Positions 34,792-44,954 of a stretch of 64,000 bases of DNA are shown one piece after another; within the stretch, counting starts at the first letter, position 1, and each line of letters starts with the position of its first letter. Source of the DNA: a virus; IMG/VR virus record IMGVR_UViG_3300046532_001566, positions 32,001-96,000 of that record, one strand, 5' to 3'. Position numbers and translations under genes: made by a program. A model generated the notes under the pieces. That model made no database searches and was not told where the DNA came from. It saw nothing but the letters and a program-made list of their open reading frames with translations.

Positions 34792-36351
34792 TTATAAGAA
34801 GCCAATCGGCATAGGCTTAATTGCTTCTTCTGTATCACTATTTATTAAATATTCATAAGTTGGCATATCCCATGCCATAACTACTTCAATGATCCGCAAA
34901 GCAAGTATTGTAGACATAACTAAATCATCAGTTTCGCCGTCTTTAGCCGAAAAACTCGAACCCCTTGCAATAAAGTTCTTCATTTCCCTAAGTAAGTTAT
35001 GGCTTTTAATAGTCATCTTATCACCTTCAACATAACTCTTTAAACGCATGCATGAAGTTATCTTACTTTTGTGTGTTGTATTAAATCCTCTTCTTCCTTT
35101 ACTTTGTCCTGGTTTTCTTACTTCTTGCACAAAGTTACCGGGAATATTTTCTTCCCCATATTCTTTAATAGATATTAATGACGCTTCACCAATACTGTTG
35201 TTTTCGACTGACCAATATAATTCTGCATCCGGGCATTCACTTTCTAACCAACGTAACATATTAACTAACTGTCGTAACTGTCCTTGTATGTCTGTTTTAT
35301 TATGTTGCCATTCTGCAATCTGGACAACATCTGGTAACCGGTATACTTCTATTGCGGCCATATCGCCACCAGTTCCTAGACTAGGATCCCAACCAATTAC
35401 AAATGCTGATGCCTCAGGTTTGTCATACACTCTAACTTGACCAAGATTAAACTTAGCATCTTGACTTTTCATGTTTACTAATTTTAACGGGCTAATTAAC
35501 GTTTCATCAGCAATAATAAACTCACATTCATGTTCACGTCTAAAACGTTCTTCTCCAATTTTACTTCTTTCTTCTTGAGCCCATTTTTCATCACGTTCTG
35601 GATGCCTGTCCCATTGGAATTGAATATTAGCAAAACCATTTTGACCTAGTGTAGGATCTTCATTAGGATTTCCAAAATCGTCAATTTTCTTTTCAGCTTC
35701 TTTCCATATACGAGCAAATTGATCATCATCTTGATTTGGCGTACTTGTAATAATACATTTACCACCAGTTGCTAGTGTAGGAGAAATTGAGGTCCAAAAT
35801 TCCTCAGCAATTCGAGGTTTAACAAATGCAAACTCATCAGCATATAGTAAAGATATAGACATACCACGTCCGGTATTATCTGTAGTTGTTGCAGACATAA
35901 TACGACTGCCGTTATCAAAATCTATACTACCTTTGTTATAACTAGTTGCTCCTGCTTTTAAAAAATCTGGAAGAGTTTCGTATGTATAGCGAACTCTTTG
36001 CATAATTTCTTGGGCACCAGCAAACTTGTGTGCCGCTATAAGAATAGTAGTATCTGCAATAAACAACGCTCGCCAAACAAGATATGCCGCGGCACATGCT
36101 GTTTTACCCATTTGCCTTCCAAGCATATTAATACTATATCTATTTTCGTGATAACATTTTAATAAGTCACGCTGATAACGATACAATTTAAAAGGTATTT
36201 TACCCCTAACTGCATGTTGAACCCAGCAATGGTTATCTATAAAATGTATTGGGTCATTCGCACAAAGGGAGAGTTCACGAATTTGTTCATCCGTGAATCT
36301 CTCCAATTGATAAGGCGATTTAACAAAACTAAAATTAGGTCTGTTAGCCAT
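34792..36351 (-). CDS. Terminase large subunit (gp17-like)
   Basis: LYRYQ, GRQMGKT, LYADEFAFV, ITSTPN, RFRREHECEF, WDPSLG, DDLVMS. Confidence 0.95.
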   Translation of the reverse strand: MANRPNFSFVKSPYQLERFTDEQIRELSLCANDPIHFIDNHCWVQHAVRGKIPFKLYRYQRDLLKCYHENRYSINMLGRQMGKTACAAAYLVWRALFIADTTILIAAHKFAGAQEIMQRVRYTYETLPDFLKAGATSYNKGSIDFDNGSRIMSATTTDNTGRGMSISLLYADEFAFVKPRIAEEFWTSISPTLATGGKCIITSTPNQDDDQFARIWKEAEKKIDDFGNPNEDPTLGQNGFANIQFQWDRHPERDEKWAQEERSKIGEERFRREHECEFIIADETLISPLKLVNMKSQDAKFNLGQVRVYDKPEASAFVIGWDPSLGTGGDMAAIEVYRLPDVVQIAEWQHNKTDIQGQLRQLVNMLRWLESECPDAELYWSVENNSIGEASLISIKEYGEENIPGNFVQEVRKPGQSKGRRGFNTTHKSKITSCMRLKSYVEGDKMTIKSHNLLREMKNFIARGSSFSAKDGETDDLVMSTILALRIIEVVMAWDMPTYEYLINSDTEEAIKPMPIGFL

Positions 36352-36362
36352 GTATGCTACTC

Positions 36363-38006
36363 CTACTTCTTAGCTTTTTTAGTACTCTTCTTTGACATAA
36401 TGCCTTCTGAAATAAACTTGCGGTATTCGCCAAGTGCTTTCTGAAATGACTCTTCAACATCATCAGCAGTGTGCATGCCCATTGGATTCTCTCCTTGGCC
36501 ATCTGCACGATTGATGTAATCTGAATTACCAGCCCCTTGTCCAGGCGCACTAGGTAATTTATCAAATTCTTTTGGCTCGTCCATGCTAGTTCCAGCTGGA
36601 GAATTAGCTAATTTAGACTCGTCAATATTTCCAAGACCTGATAGTTTAAGTAGTCTATTCATATCATTAACATCAATTTCTGTACCTTGATATTTTGTAA
36701 TAAGATCAGTTGTAGTAATTGCTTCTACTACTGGATCCGGAAGTCCTAATGATGTTTCTGGAATAATGTCATCATCTTTACCAATTGCTTCGCCCATGAT
36801 TTCCTTGTATGCTTGTTTTGCTTCTTCATCACTCATACCCTGTGCTGAATATTCTTCAACAAACTCTCCCATGCTCATACTTTCAGCATCATCAATCATT
36901 TTGCTCTTTGATGCGCCTTCTGTAACTGCATCTCCGTTGGAATCATAATCCGGTCCAGATGTTACTCCGCTAATTCTTGCTTGTAATATGCGAGCAAGTT
37001 TTTGAAGTTCTTTAAATTCTTCTGTAGAAACTTCTTCTCCACTCTGGCTCTTTAGCATGGCCTTCCGGATTCTTGCTTGTAATATGCGAGCAGTCCGTGC
37101 CATGTCATCATCTTCTTTAACTGTTGCCTCTACTAATCCCATTTCTTTAGCGATTTGGTAGCGTAGTTGATCAGCGTCTCCTGGCTCCATGTCAGCACTG
37201 CCTCTGCGCCTTGCTTCATTGTCTACTTTACTAGCATTTTCTCTACCTAGCTTATCTAGATCTTTAAAGCCCATTCTGCCTTCTTCAAGTCCTGCTAATT
37301 CAACTATTCTGTTTATTTCAGCTAGGTCGAGCGTTTCTGACTCTTCAATTGACTCTTTAACCCAATTATCGCCATTCTCGTCAGCACAATCACATTCACA
37401 TGATGTAGATGCAGGCTTATGCATTTCGTCTCCGCAATGCTTACAGACCATCTTATCTTTAGCTTCTACTACTTCTTCAGCTTCGTTCTTTTTTTCATCT
37501 TCGTCTTCGTCTTCGTCCTTGTCGGCCCAATCAGGAATGCCATCTCCGTCAGCATCTGGCTTTTTAGCTTCTGTTGGTTGTTCTTCTTCACCTTCTGATG
37601 CACATGCACCCATTAATGGAGCTTCATCTTCACCGGCTTCGTCATCAGTTGGAATTACCATTGGTAAGTCTTCAATGTCGCCACCATCAATATCAGCATC
37701 TGGTGCGTCCAGGACAGGTGTATCATTAACTTCAATACCTGCTAGTTTTAACATGTTAGTAATCATATCTGCTTGCTCTGGCGCTACTTTAATTTCAGTT
37801 GGAGTATTAACTGTTAACGTAACTTCTTCTCCACCTTCAACAACTGCGTCATCACCCATGTTGTCCCATGCTTCTTCAATACCTTCTTTGGTAATTCTTA
37901 CATTTTCATTTACTTGAGCTAATGCAACTAGGTCCTCACTCTTAACGATAGGAGTGAAACCATTAATTGCTTCTAAAACTCTCTTAATATCACTATTATC
38001 AGCCAT
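36363..38006 (-). CDS. Acidic modular protein, probable prohead core/internal polyprotein
   Basis: Many hydrophobic-x-E-[A/G/S] sites; three (R/M)-x-x-x-L-[A/S]-G-[L/I] motifs; DADGDGIPD and CxxC modules. Confidence 0.55.
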   Translation of the reverse strand: MADNSDIKRVLEAINGFTPIVKSEDLVALAQVNENVRITKEGIEEAWDNMGDDAVVEGGEEVTLTVNTPTEIKVAPEQADMITNMLKLAGIEVNDTPVLDAPDADIDGGDIEDLPMVIPTDDEAGEDEAPLMGACASEGEEEQPTEAKKPDADGDGIPDWADKDEDEDEDEKKNEAEEVVEAKDKMVCKHCGDEMHKPASTSCECDCADENGDNWVKESIEESETLDLAEINRIVELAGLEEGRMGFKDLDKLGRENASKVDNEARRRGSADMEPGDADQLRYQIAKEMGLVEATVKEDDDMARTARILQARIRKAMLKSQSGEEVSTEEFKELQKLARILQARISGVTSGPDYDSNGDAVTEGASKSKMIDDAESMSMGEFVEEYSAQGMSDEEAKQAYKEIMGEAIGKDDDIIPETSLGLPDPVVEAITTTDLITKYQGTEIDVNDMNRLLKLSGLGNIDESKLANSPAGTSMDEPKEFDKLPSAPGQGAGNSDYINRADGQGENPMGMHTADDVEESFQKALGEYRKFISEGIMSKKSTKKAKK

Positions 38007-38596
38007 TAGTTTGTTTCCTTATTTGCTTTAGTTAAAGGACTATCTGAAACTGATTTATCGTTTAGAATTGGTCCTGATGCTTTAACATTTGTATCTTTAG
38101 TTAAAACTACTTTTCTACGGTCATCTTTGATCGCATCATCAACAAGTTCTGCAACATATTCGTCGCCAGCTACATCTTTAGCCGCAACTGGATTTGCTTC
38201 ATTGTCTGAATATTCTGTTCCTGTAATTGCTTCATATTCTGCATCCGATTCTGGTTGCATTTGAGATTGCATTAAAGGATCATCGTGGCTAAATGCTCGC
38301 AAAGTACCTTCAGGAATTCGTAGAATTCCTCTAAGCTCATCTTCTAGCATAGTTGTTTGTATTGGTAATCTAGTTGTACAATCAATTACAACAATTTCAT
38401 GTCCGCCATATGATGGAAAATCAGGTGGCAGTGTTTGTAACATAAGTTTTTCCGGTCTTCCAACTTCTAACGCATCATACTTCTTCATATGGCGTTCAAT
38501 AGTTTCAAGTTGTTTCTCGCTAGGCGAGAAGACCATCTTTACACGGTATTTGTGTTCCCGTTGTAGTTGGTTAATGTATTCTAATAACGTGGGCAT
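38006..38596 (-). CDS. Hypothetical protein
   Basis: 196 aa; GAGGAG RBS; late motif at 38620-38625. Confidence 0.6.
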   Translation of the reverse strand: MPTLLEYINQLQREHKYRVKMVFSPSEKQLETIERHMKKYDALEVGRPEKLMLQTLPPDFPSYGGHEIVVIDCTTRLPIQTTMLEDELRGILRIPEGTLRAFSHDDPLMQSQMQPESDAEYEAITGTEYSDNEANPVAAKDVAGDEYVAELVDDAIKDDRRKVVLTKDTNVKASGPILNDKSVSDSPLTKANKETN

Positions 38597-38618
38597 AATT
38601 ATATCTCCTCATATACAC

Positions 38619-39137
38619 TTATTTATTGTGACCCACACGATTTAAGATGGCTTGCACTAGATCGTTACGGTTAGCAATTACAGTTTCATCAGCATCAATG
38701 ATATTATCATCACTTTTATCTGTTTGGTTTAATCTAGCTTTTTTAAGCTGTAATTCAACCATTTTCAACTTTTTCTCTAACTTAGATGTTTTAGCATCAA
38801 CTGATATCTTTAATAACTGGGCGGCTACTTCAAAAACTTTTCCAGCATTTCTGTCATCAACATTAAATCCTAAATCCATCAATCTATCACTTTGTTCTTC
38901 TGCTTTACTAGCAAGTCCGTCTAATTCTCTCTCCGATTGCGCCATATCAGTAACAGTAGGAAGGGCCATATCAATACGGCTAGCCATGTCTATTACTGCC
39001 TGAGCTGATCTAATGTCATCAGCTATACTAGGCTCGATAAGCACATCTGGAAGTGTGTTGTTTTTTAGCTCAGTGTCTGTCTTTTCTTCATCTACTTCGG
39101 GAGAAAAGCCAAACACTTCTTCTAATTTCTTAGTCAT
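38619..39137 (-). CDS. Putative terminase small subunit
   Basis: Helical/coiled-coil; E.A.QLLK...AK motif and NRNDLV C-terminus; lies between gp4 and terminase large. Confidence 0.5.
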   Translation of the reverse strand: MTKKLEEVFGFSPEVDEEKTDTELKNNTLPDVLIEPSIADDIRSAQAVIDMASRIDMALPTVTDMAQSERELDGLASKAEEQSDRLMDLGFNVDDRNAGKVFEVAAQLLKISVDAKTSKLEKKLKMVELQLKKARLNQTDKSDDNIIDADETVIANRNDLVQAILNRVGHNK

Positions 39138-39192
39138 GCATATACTTATGACAATAGAAGTACTAAGTGGCTCGGAATAGACTTAAAATGTG

Positions 39193-39645
39193 TTACTTTC
39201 GTCTAGTACGAGTCGGACTTGCTTTATTAAACAAGTGTTCTTCTGTTATTATACGGAATTGACAGCCCATACTTTTGCACCAAGCTCTGGCCGCTTCCCA
39301 TTTAGCCATATTAAGCACTACTGCCATTTTTTCTTTTTGACTACGGGCTGATTCTAATGTAACCTGGGATCTAGGTTTAACTTCAATTAATTCTGCTTTA
39401 CGAGAGTTGCCTTTACCTTCATATGTAATTAAAAAATCAGGGACGTATGTTGTCTGTTTTCCTGTAAATGGATTTCTATATGGTATTCGAACTACTTCAC
39501 TTCCCCAAGATATAATATTAGGATTATTATCACAAAATCTCATAAAGGTTAATTCCCAGCCACTTCGATAACGCGGAGAACCTTTACCTGTGTACTTGTC
39601 TTGATTGAGTACTGTATATAAACCTTGTTTAAAATTATTAGCCAT
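39193..39645 (-). CDS. Head completion nuclease (T4 gp4-like)
   Basis: KY.G....YRS.WE..FM..CD.NP....W.SE...IPY, YVPDF, IEVKP, NMAKWEAA, FRIITE. Confidence 0.9.
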   Translation of the reverse strand: MANNFKQGLYTVLNQDKYTGKGSPRYRSGWELTFMRFCDNNPNIISWGSEVVRIPYRNPFTGKQTTYVPDFLITYEGKGNSRKAELIEVKPRSQVTLESARSQKEKMAVVLNMAKWEAARAWCKSMGCQFRIITEEHLFNKASPTRTRRK

Positions 39646-39647
39646 GT

Positions 39648-40028
39648 TTAAGTGCCAGTTTCGGTTAATAGCGCCTCATCTGGATCCTGTGTAGTAATTA
39701 ATTCACCTGCTTGAGTTGTATAAGCATAATCATAATTATTAACTCGAAACTCTCTTAATACAATTGGAGGAATAGCTAACTTTCCTTTTACATTATAAGA
39801 AATTCCATTAGGTAAATTATTAGAATTAATACTATCTAATATAGGTTGTGTGACTACTAATTTTCCAGTAATAGTTGCCTGAGTAATAATTGAATTAAAA
39901 TCTAATCCTAAATCAGTACTTGCTTTCCATAGATTTTGCACAACATTTTCTGCTGGTGTTCTTCCTAATCCAAGTCCTAGTACCTTCTGTACAGCTTTAT
40001 CAAATTGTACCTGTGGAATTATACTCAT
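39648..40028 (-). CDS. Hypothetical protein
   Basis: 126-aa ORF, coupled in the operon. Confidence 0.55.
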   Translation of the reverse strand: MSIIPQVQFDKAVQKVLGLGLGRTPAENVVQNLWKASTDLGLDFNSIITQATITGKLVVTQPILDSINSNNLPNGISYNVKGKLAIPPIVLREFRVNNYDYAYTTQAGELITTQDPDEALLTETGT

Positions 40029-41167
40029 GTGCCTTTTCCTATCGACGATCTTACAATATTATCAGAGTTTTGTATTGATTTTCTCAAATCTTTATTACGG
40101 CTAAGGTTAAGTACTCGGAGTGCCTTTAGTTGTTCCTTTGAGGCGTTCTTTTTAAAAGCCGCTAGTTTTCCTGGACCGTGTTGTTCATCTGTTTGTTGAA
40201 CTATTTTTACTATTTCTCTAGATTCTGTTGGACTAAGAGGAATCTTTTTATTTTTATTAACAGCATTAATAATTCTTTGTCCGTTTGTAGATATAACTTG
40301 TTCCATAGCAATACCAAGAGCTGGATCTGTTTTATCTGCAGGTTTTTTATCTAATTTATTAGTAGATACTATGCTCTCAGCTTGAGCCACTGTTTCTGTT
40401 CCATCTGCATTTTTTCTGATAACTGTCGCCTTTGTTCTAGTAGTTCTTCCAGTTATAATATTGCTTTGAGTTTCGTTTGGCTCAGGTGTTTTCGTAGCTT
40501 CAGGAGCCTTGTCAGGATCAAATTTTCTAATATAATTGCCTGGTTTTTGAATATCAACATTACTAAAGTTAGCAGTAGCAGTTTTATGCCAGGACATAAA
40601 TTCATATCTAATAGTTAATGTCCATAATACAACATCACTTGATGAATAATCAACTGTGTCATGTTGAGCATCAACTACATAAGCATTATATAATGTATAT
40701 TCTTTGGCGGCGTCGATGATCTCGGCGTCGTCATCGCCGTCTGAGCTAGGGTCGATGAGACTACCTCCAGATGTCTGATGCATTAATAATTTAACAGTCA
40801 TAGGAGTATGATTTAAATTTTTAGAACCGTCTGTTGCATCAAATTGTCCTTTTACTGCATTGCTTATAAATTCTTCTACTTTATCATTTTGTTGATCATA
40901 AAATGATATTGTGATTGGTTCAAAATTCATTTTTGTTTGTATAACTGATTTATGGTTGTACTGATTAACAACTTGACTATCAATAGTCCAACGTGGAAGT
41001 TCAAATGTTTTTAAAGTAAAAGAAGATGATATATCTTCTTGCTCGTCAAGAACAAAACTTGCAATCCATTGATACTTTAGATATGGAGAATTATCAGAAA
41101 CAGTTCCTTCTGCTGTCTGAGACAAATTTCCAAATTGTTTAAATCCATAGTTGTTAAATGATCCCAT
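40025..41167 (-). CDS. Tail tube-like / baseplate tube initiator protein
   Basis: ELPRWTI...NQYN.K..IQTK..FEPITISFYD and LTIRYE (gp19/gp54 fold). Confidence 0.65.
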   Translation of the reverse strand: MGSFNNYGFKQFGNLSQTAEGTVSDNSPYLKYQWIASFVLDEQEDISSSFTLKTFELPRWTIDSQVVNQYNHKSVIQTKMNFEPITISFYDQQNDKVEEFISNAVKGQFDATDGSKNLNHTPMTVKLLMHQTSGGSLIDPSSDGDDDAEIIDAAKEYTLYNAYVVDAQHDTVDYSSSDVVLWTLTIRYEFMSWHKTATANFSNVDIQKPGNYIRKFDPDKAPEATKTPEPNETQSNIITGRTTRTKATVIRKNADGTETVAQAESIVSTNKLDKKPADKTDPALGIAMEQVISTNGQRIINAVNKNKKIPLSPTESREIVKIVQQTDEQHGPGKLAAFKKNASKEQLKALRVLNLSRNKDLRKSIQNSDNIVRSSIGKGT

Positions 41168-41190
41168 TACAGTTTCTCCATTAATCGTAA

Positions 41191-41214
41191 CAAAAGGGCC
41201 TTACGGCCCTTTTG
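41191..41214 (-). terminator. Terminator-like hairpin after the tail tube gene
   Basis: CAAAAGGGCC-GUAA-GGCCCUUUUG. Confidence 0.8.
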
Positions 41215-41276
41215 CTTTATTCTAGTAAGCAAAACGTTGCCGTCTTACTTACTTATCATTTTAATTAACTACTAGT

Positions 41277-41876
41277 TTAATTGTTGCCAGTAGTTGAGTT
41301 GTCTGTCTCTGTAATACCACCGGTACCTTCTAATGCCGCTGTTCCTCCAATTGAATGATTAGCATTATCAAATTTAATCATAACTGTAATAACTAATGGA
41401 TCACTTGTAGCATAGTTGTTCTCACCGTAGTTGATGTTTTGGATATAGCAACCTGCTAATTCCCAACTATCAAGAACATTCGTTTCTGAACTACCGTCTA
41501 AGTTGTCGATTATTGTTACAAACTTGTAGTTACCGCCGGAATTTTGTCCGGATTGTGCCGAATGGTCCATTTGCTTCTGTAACTGTTTAGCTAGTTGATT
41601 GCCAACTGCACCAGTTATATCGTCTCTTACTGTTAACGTAATAGGATCCCATGTATGCTTACCAGCCATAAAGATCCTAGAGTTGTAAACGTCAAGAACA
41701 ATGTCGTCATGCGTTACACTAGGACGACTAACACTTACCACTTGACTAGTTAACTCTGTTTCGTCTCCTTCGCCTAATTGAGTAAAGGTAACCCGAAATC
41801 TATAAGATAACTTAGGACTAACAAGTGCGGCATCCGTTGTTCCCGGAACGTTAAATTTACTTACTGAAACTGCCAT
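41277..41876 (-). CDS. Tail tube protein (gp19-like)
   Basis: PKLSYRFRV, RPSV, AGKHTWDPITLTVRDD, WELAGC; follows the sheath gene. Confidence 0.9.
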   Translation of the reverse strand: MAVSVSKFNVPGTTDAALVSPKLSYRFRVTFTQLGEGDETELTSQVVSVSRPSVTHDDIVLDVYNSRIFMAGKHTWDPITLTVRDDITGAVGNQLAKQLQKQMDHSAQSGQNSGGNYKFVTIIDNLDGSSETNVLDSWELAGCYIQNINYGENNYATSDPLVITVMIKFDNANHSIGGTAALEGTGGITETDNSTTGNN

Positions 41877-41898
41877 TTTCTTATCTCCTTGTGTTTAT

Positions 41899-44259
41899 TT
41901 ATACATTACTGCCGGCGATCGCGCCGGTGTTGACAACACGAATTGGAATATAGATAAATTCAGCCGCTTTAACTGGCTCAATTGCAATATCAATATATAA
42001 TTCGTTTCTGTCTATTCTTGCGTTTGTGTTGTTTGTTTTATCACAAACTACTAAGAAATCGTATACAGCTCTCTTAGAAACCATATCTGCCATAAAAGCA
42101 TTGAACACTAATAATATACGATCTCGTGTAATCTTATCGTTTGGTTCAAATATGAACGGACGGGCTACAATATCAAATCTTTCACGCAAGTGAGCTAGTA
42201 GACGTGCAACGTTTACTCGATCAAGTGCTGAAGAGAACGGATGAAGTGTCTTCTGTCCCCAAAGGTAAAGTCCCGTTCCTGGGAAGTTAACTAATGGGTT
42301 AAGATTCTTTTCATAAAGTGCATCACGTTGTCCATTATTAAGTGCAATATTCTTAAACTCATTCTCTGATGTAACAACACCAAAGTTACTAACACCACTT
42401 GCTTGTCCTCTGGTTAAACCAGCTGGAGCAAACCATGGATAAGCTACTTCATCGTTATAAGCATATGCTCTTAGTACTGCATGACTAGCTGGTACTGCAA
42501 CATCATTTCCTGACAAGTCAGTTGATAGTGCTGAAGGGTAGTAAAGTGCAATCGACGCATTTCTTGTTGTCAATCCATCTTCACCGTTAGTACCTGCATT
42601 TGTTCCAAGTGCCCATGTATTAATATCTGATGTTCTACTAGAAAGTTTCATAGGAGTATCAGCAATAATAAATGCAGTTTCCTTACGATCAATATTTAGT
42701 GTTAACATCTCATCAATACACTCAGGATATCCTGGAGTTGCAATTAAGTTAAATGTAAGAGTTTCGTCTCTTAATTCTTCACCGCCTGTTAAGATTGATT
42801 GTAATCTTTTAGCAACAACACGGCGTTGAGCTTTATCAAACGCATACAGAGAACCAGCTTTTGGTCCAGAGTCTCTATTTCCTGATTCGCTTTGGAAGAA
42901 TCCTTCTGCCTTATTCCATTTCTTAACGTTACCAGAACTTACTGCTGTATTAAACAGTAGAATTCCTTGTGGGAAGAAAAATGGATTTGGTGATTCGTCA
43001 TCCATTGCTGTAGCAACACCACCTGCTCCTGATGTATCTCCCGGAGTTGCTGTTAAGTCATTAAACAGTACACCATTTGGAGTAGTTTGATCTGCATTAT
43101 CATGAGATACAAAATCTGTTCCATCATATTGTTTAATGAAAGGATAGTTTACCATATCGTTTGTATCAACCCAAACATCACCAGTAATCGGTGAGGCAGG
43201 TTCGATAGTGTCAACAGTAACATTTGAGATTGGCTCCCAACCTGATGTGTTTCTTTTATAAATGTCAACATCATCTCCAGCATCATACCAAAGTGTACCA
43301 TCTGCAATATCACCAACTGGTGCTGTTGCTTTAACTTCTTGTGTATTTGCTGAAAAAATTGAACCATCATATCTACGAACTTCAAAGTTTGCTTCAGTTG
43401 CTACTGGAACCCTAATGTAAATATCATTTGCATCTAACGATACACCAAATGCCGTTGCGGCCGCTGTATCATCAGCATATGCAACTAGTTGATCTGGAAG
43501 ATTTGGTCCAATAATCTGTTGATTGAAAGCACCAGTTGAAGAACTGTACTTCTTAACAACAGGCTTAAAGCCGTTGTTTGGTGAAGTTACTTTAAACCAA
43601 ACATCACCTGATGTTGGTGTTGGAAAATCATAGTGAGGTGCAATATTAACTGAACCTGTAATTGTTGCAGATGTTAGTTTTACCCAAACACCTGATTCGT
43701 TTTTATAAAATTCTTTTAGAGCAAGTGACACATCAAGGGCATAATCCCCATCTGAACCACCTGTTGGTGCTCCATCAAACAATTTTACTGTTTGTTGGAT
43801 CCATGCAGTTCCATTTCCTTCAAAAATTCCAAAGGAGGTTGAAGCTGTATCAAACCAATATGTGTTATTTAAAGGTTCGCCTGTTGGGGCGACCGCTAGT
43901 GGTTCCATTTCTTCTACGTTTAAATCTGCACGACAAATAATTGCTCTGTTTGCTACGCCTAAATAGTAATAAGCGGCAAGTAAGCCATATTCGTTTAATT
44001 CATGTCCGTGTACAGGAGTACCGTCTACGATTGTAAATTCTGGTTCTCCGTATAATTGAACGAGTTCTCTTTGACTAGTTATAGTAAGAGGTAATCCAGC
44101 ATATTTGGACTTAGTGTACTCTGCAATAGTGCCGTCTGGTGCAAGTTTATTAGATCTTGTTGCAACAAAAATTGCAGGAACTGTTCCATTACCGGCGGAT
44201 GCATATGCGGATTCGTCTATGACGGATACGCTAACACCTGGGGAAACTAAAGTTGCCAT
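41899..44259 (-). CDS. Tail sheath protein (gp18-like)
   Basis: LVSPGVSV, PWFAPAGLTRG, RDALY...NP, WGQKT, ALDRVNVARL, FEPND, PVKAAEFI. Confidence 0.95.
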   Translation of the reverse strand: MATLVSPGVSVSVIDESAYASAGNGTVPAIFVATRSNKLAPDGTIAEYTKSKYAGLPLTITSQRELVQLYGEPEFTIVDGTPVHGHELNEYGLLAAYYYLGVANRAIICRADLNVEEMEPLAVAPTGEPLNNTYWFDTASTSFGIFEGNGTAWIQQTVKLFDGAPTGGSDGDYALDVSLALKEFYKNESGVWVKLTSATITGSVNIAPHYDFPTPTSGDVWFKVTSPNNGFKPVVKKYSSSTGAFNQQIIGPNLPDQLVAYADDTAAATAFGVSLDANDIYIRVPVATEANFEVRRYDGSIFSANTQEVKATAPVGDIADGTLWYDAGDDVDIYKRNTSGWEPISNVTVDTIEPASPITGDVWVDTNDMVNYPFIKQYDGTDFVSHDNADQTTPNGVLFNDLTATPGDTSGAGGVATAMDDESPNPFFFPQGILLFNTAVSSGNVKKWNKAEGFFQSESGNRDSGPKAGSLYAFDKAQRRVVAKRLQSILTGGEELRDETLTFNLIATPGYPECIDEMLTLNIDRKETAFIIADTPMKLSSRTSDINTWALGTNAGTNGEDGLTTRNASIALYYPSALSTDLSGNDVAVPASHAVLRAYAYNDEVAYPWFAPAGLTRGQASGVSNFGVVTSENEFKNIALNNGQRDALYEKNLNPLVNFPGTGLYLWGQKTLHPFSSALDRVNVARLLAHLRERFDIVARPFIFEPNDKITRDRILLVFNAFMADMVSKRAVYDFLVVCDKTNNTNARIDRNELYIDIAIEPVKAAEFIYIPIRVVNTGAIAGSNV

Positions 44260-44362
44260 TATATTTTTCTCCGAGTTAAATTAATTTCTAGGGCATCAGC
44301 CCTTCTCAAGCATATTTAGCAAACTGGAGCAAAAAACCGGCTATTTATAAGGGTATGTTATT

Positions 44363-44893
44363 TTACTGATCTGAGGACAACGTTGTGCTTTTTAAATTAA
44401 GTTTGTTTCTTGCAAGCATATCAACATTAAAAACAAGCCTGTCTAAATCACTATTATTATCAATAGTAAAATCGCACATCCATTGTTCAATACTCATACT
44501 ACTGGGATCTTCACTAGGTAAATGATCTCCTCTGTCAACCCAAATAGCATAATCAAATATACCTTCATTTTGCATTGCAAAATATTCACGTTTGTTACGC
44601 AATCCGCAGTAAATATCATGTTTTGCAAATAAATTACGACCAAGTCTTGCTAAGTCAAAACTGCAATACTCATGAATCATATTATACCATTCAGTACGAT
44701 GGTTATGCCTATCTGCATAACACTCTTCTTCGTCTACATAATTGTATTTTTCTTTTAGATCGTTAAAAATAAAGAGTTCAGAGCAGAATTTTGAGCTTGA
44801 TTGGAATGTGTAACTGTATGTTGATAACAATTCGCATACTGTATCTTTACCGTGACGTCCGTGTCCTACAACTAATAATTTTGGTAGCGGCAT
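44363..44893 (-). CDS. Deoxynucleoside monophosphate kinase-like P-loop protein
   Basis: GHGRHGKDT P-loop, GLRN..E, IWVDR, IDNN. Confidence 0.7.
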   Translation of the reverse strand: MPLPKLLVVGHGRHGKDTVCELLSTYSYTFQSSSKFCSELFIFNDLKEKYNYVDEEECYADRHNHRTEWYNMIHEYCSFDLARLGRNLFAKHDIYCGLRNKREYFAMQNEGIFDYAIWVDRGDHLPSEDPSSMSIEQWMCDFTIDNNSDLDRLVFNVDMLARNKLNLKSTTLSSDQ

Positions 44894-44917
44894 TTTAGAT
44901 TCCTAATTTAAGTATAT

Positions 44918-44946
44918 ATTATAACAGTAATTAACACCAATGTCAA
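44918..44946 (-). promoter_or_regulatory. Sigma70-type promoter
   Basis: TTGACA-N17-TATAAT (perfect consensus) with TGn. Confidence 0.8.
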
Positions 44947-44954
44947 TAGTAATG

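Noticed and set aside
36344-36565. 73-aa ORF bridging the polyprotein and terminase (possible frameshift product)
   Set aside because: Alternate-frame overlap with no convincing slippery site; terminase has its own AGGAG RBS.
37189-37917. Long plus-strand ORFs antisense to real genes (e.g. 1077-1658, 15192-15803, 37189-37917, 59939-60364, 62272-62724)
   Set aside because: Ser/Pro-rich mirror translations of minus-strand genes with no RBS or promoter; shadow ORFs.
39193-39645. TnsA-like endonuclease suggesting a transposon
   Set aside because: Motifs and context match T4 gp4 head-completion protein; no transposon ends or partner genes.
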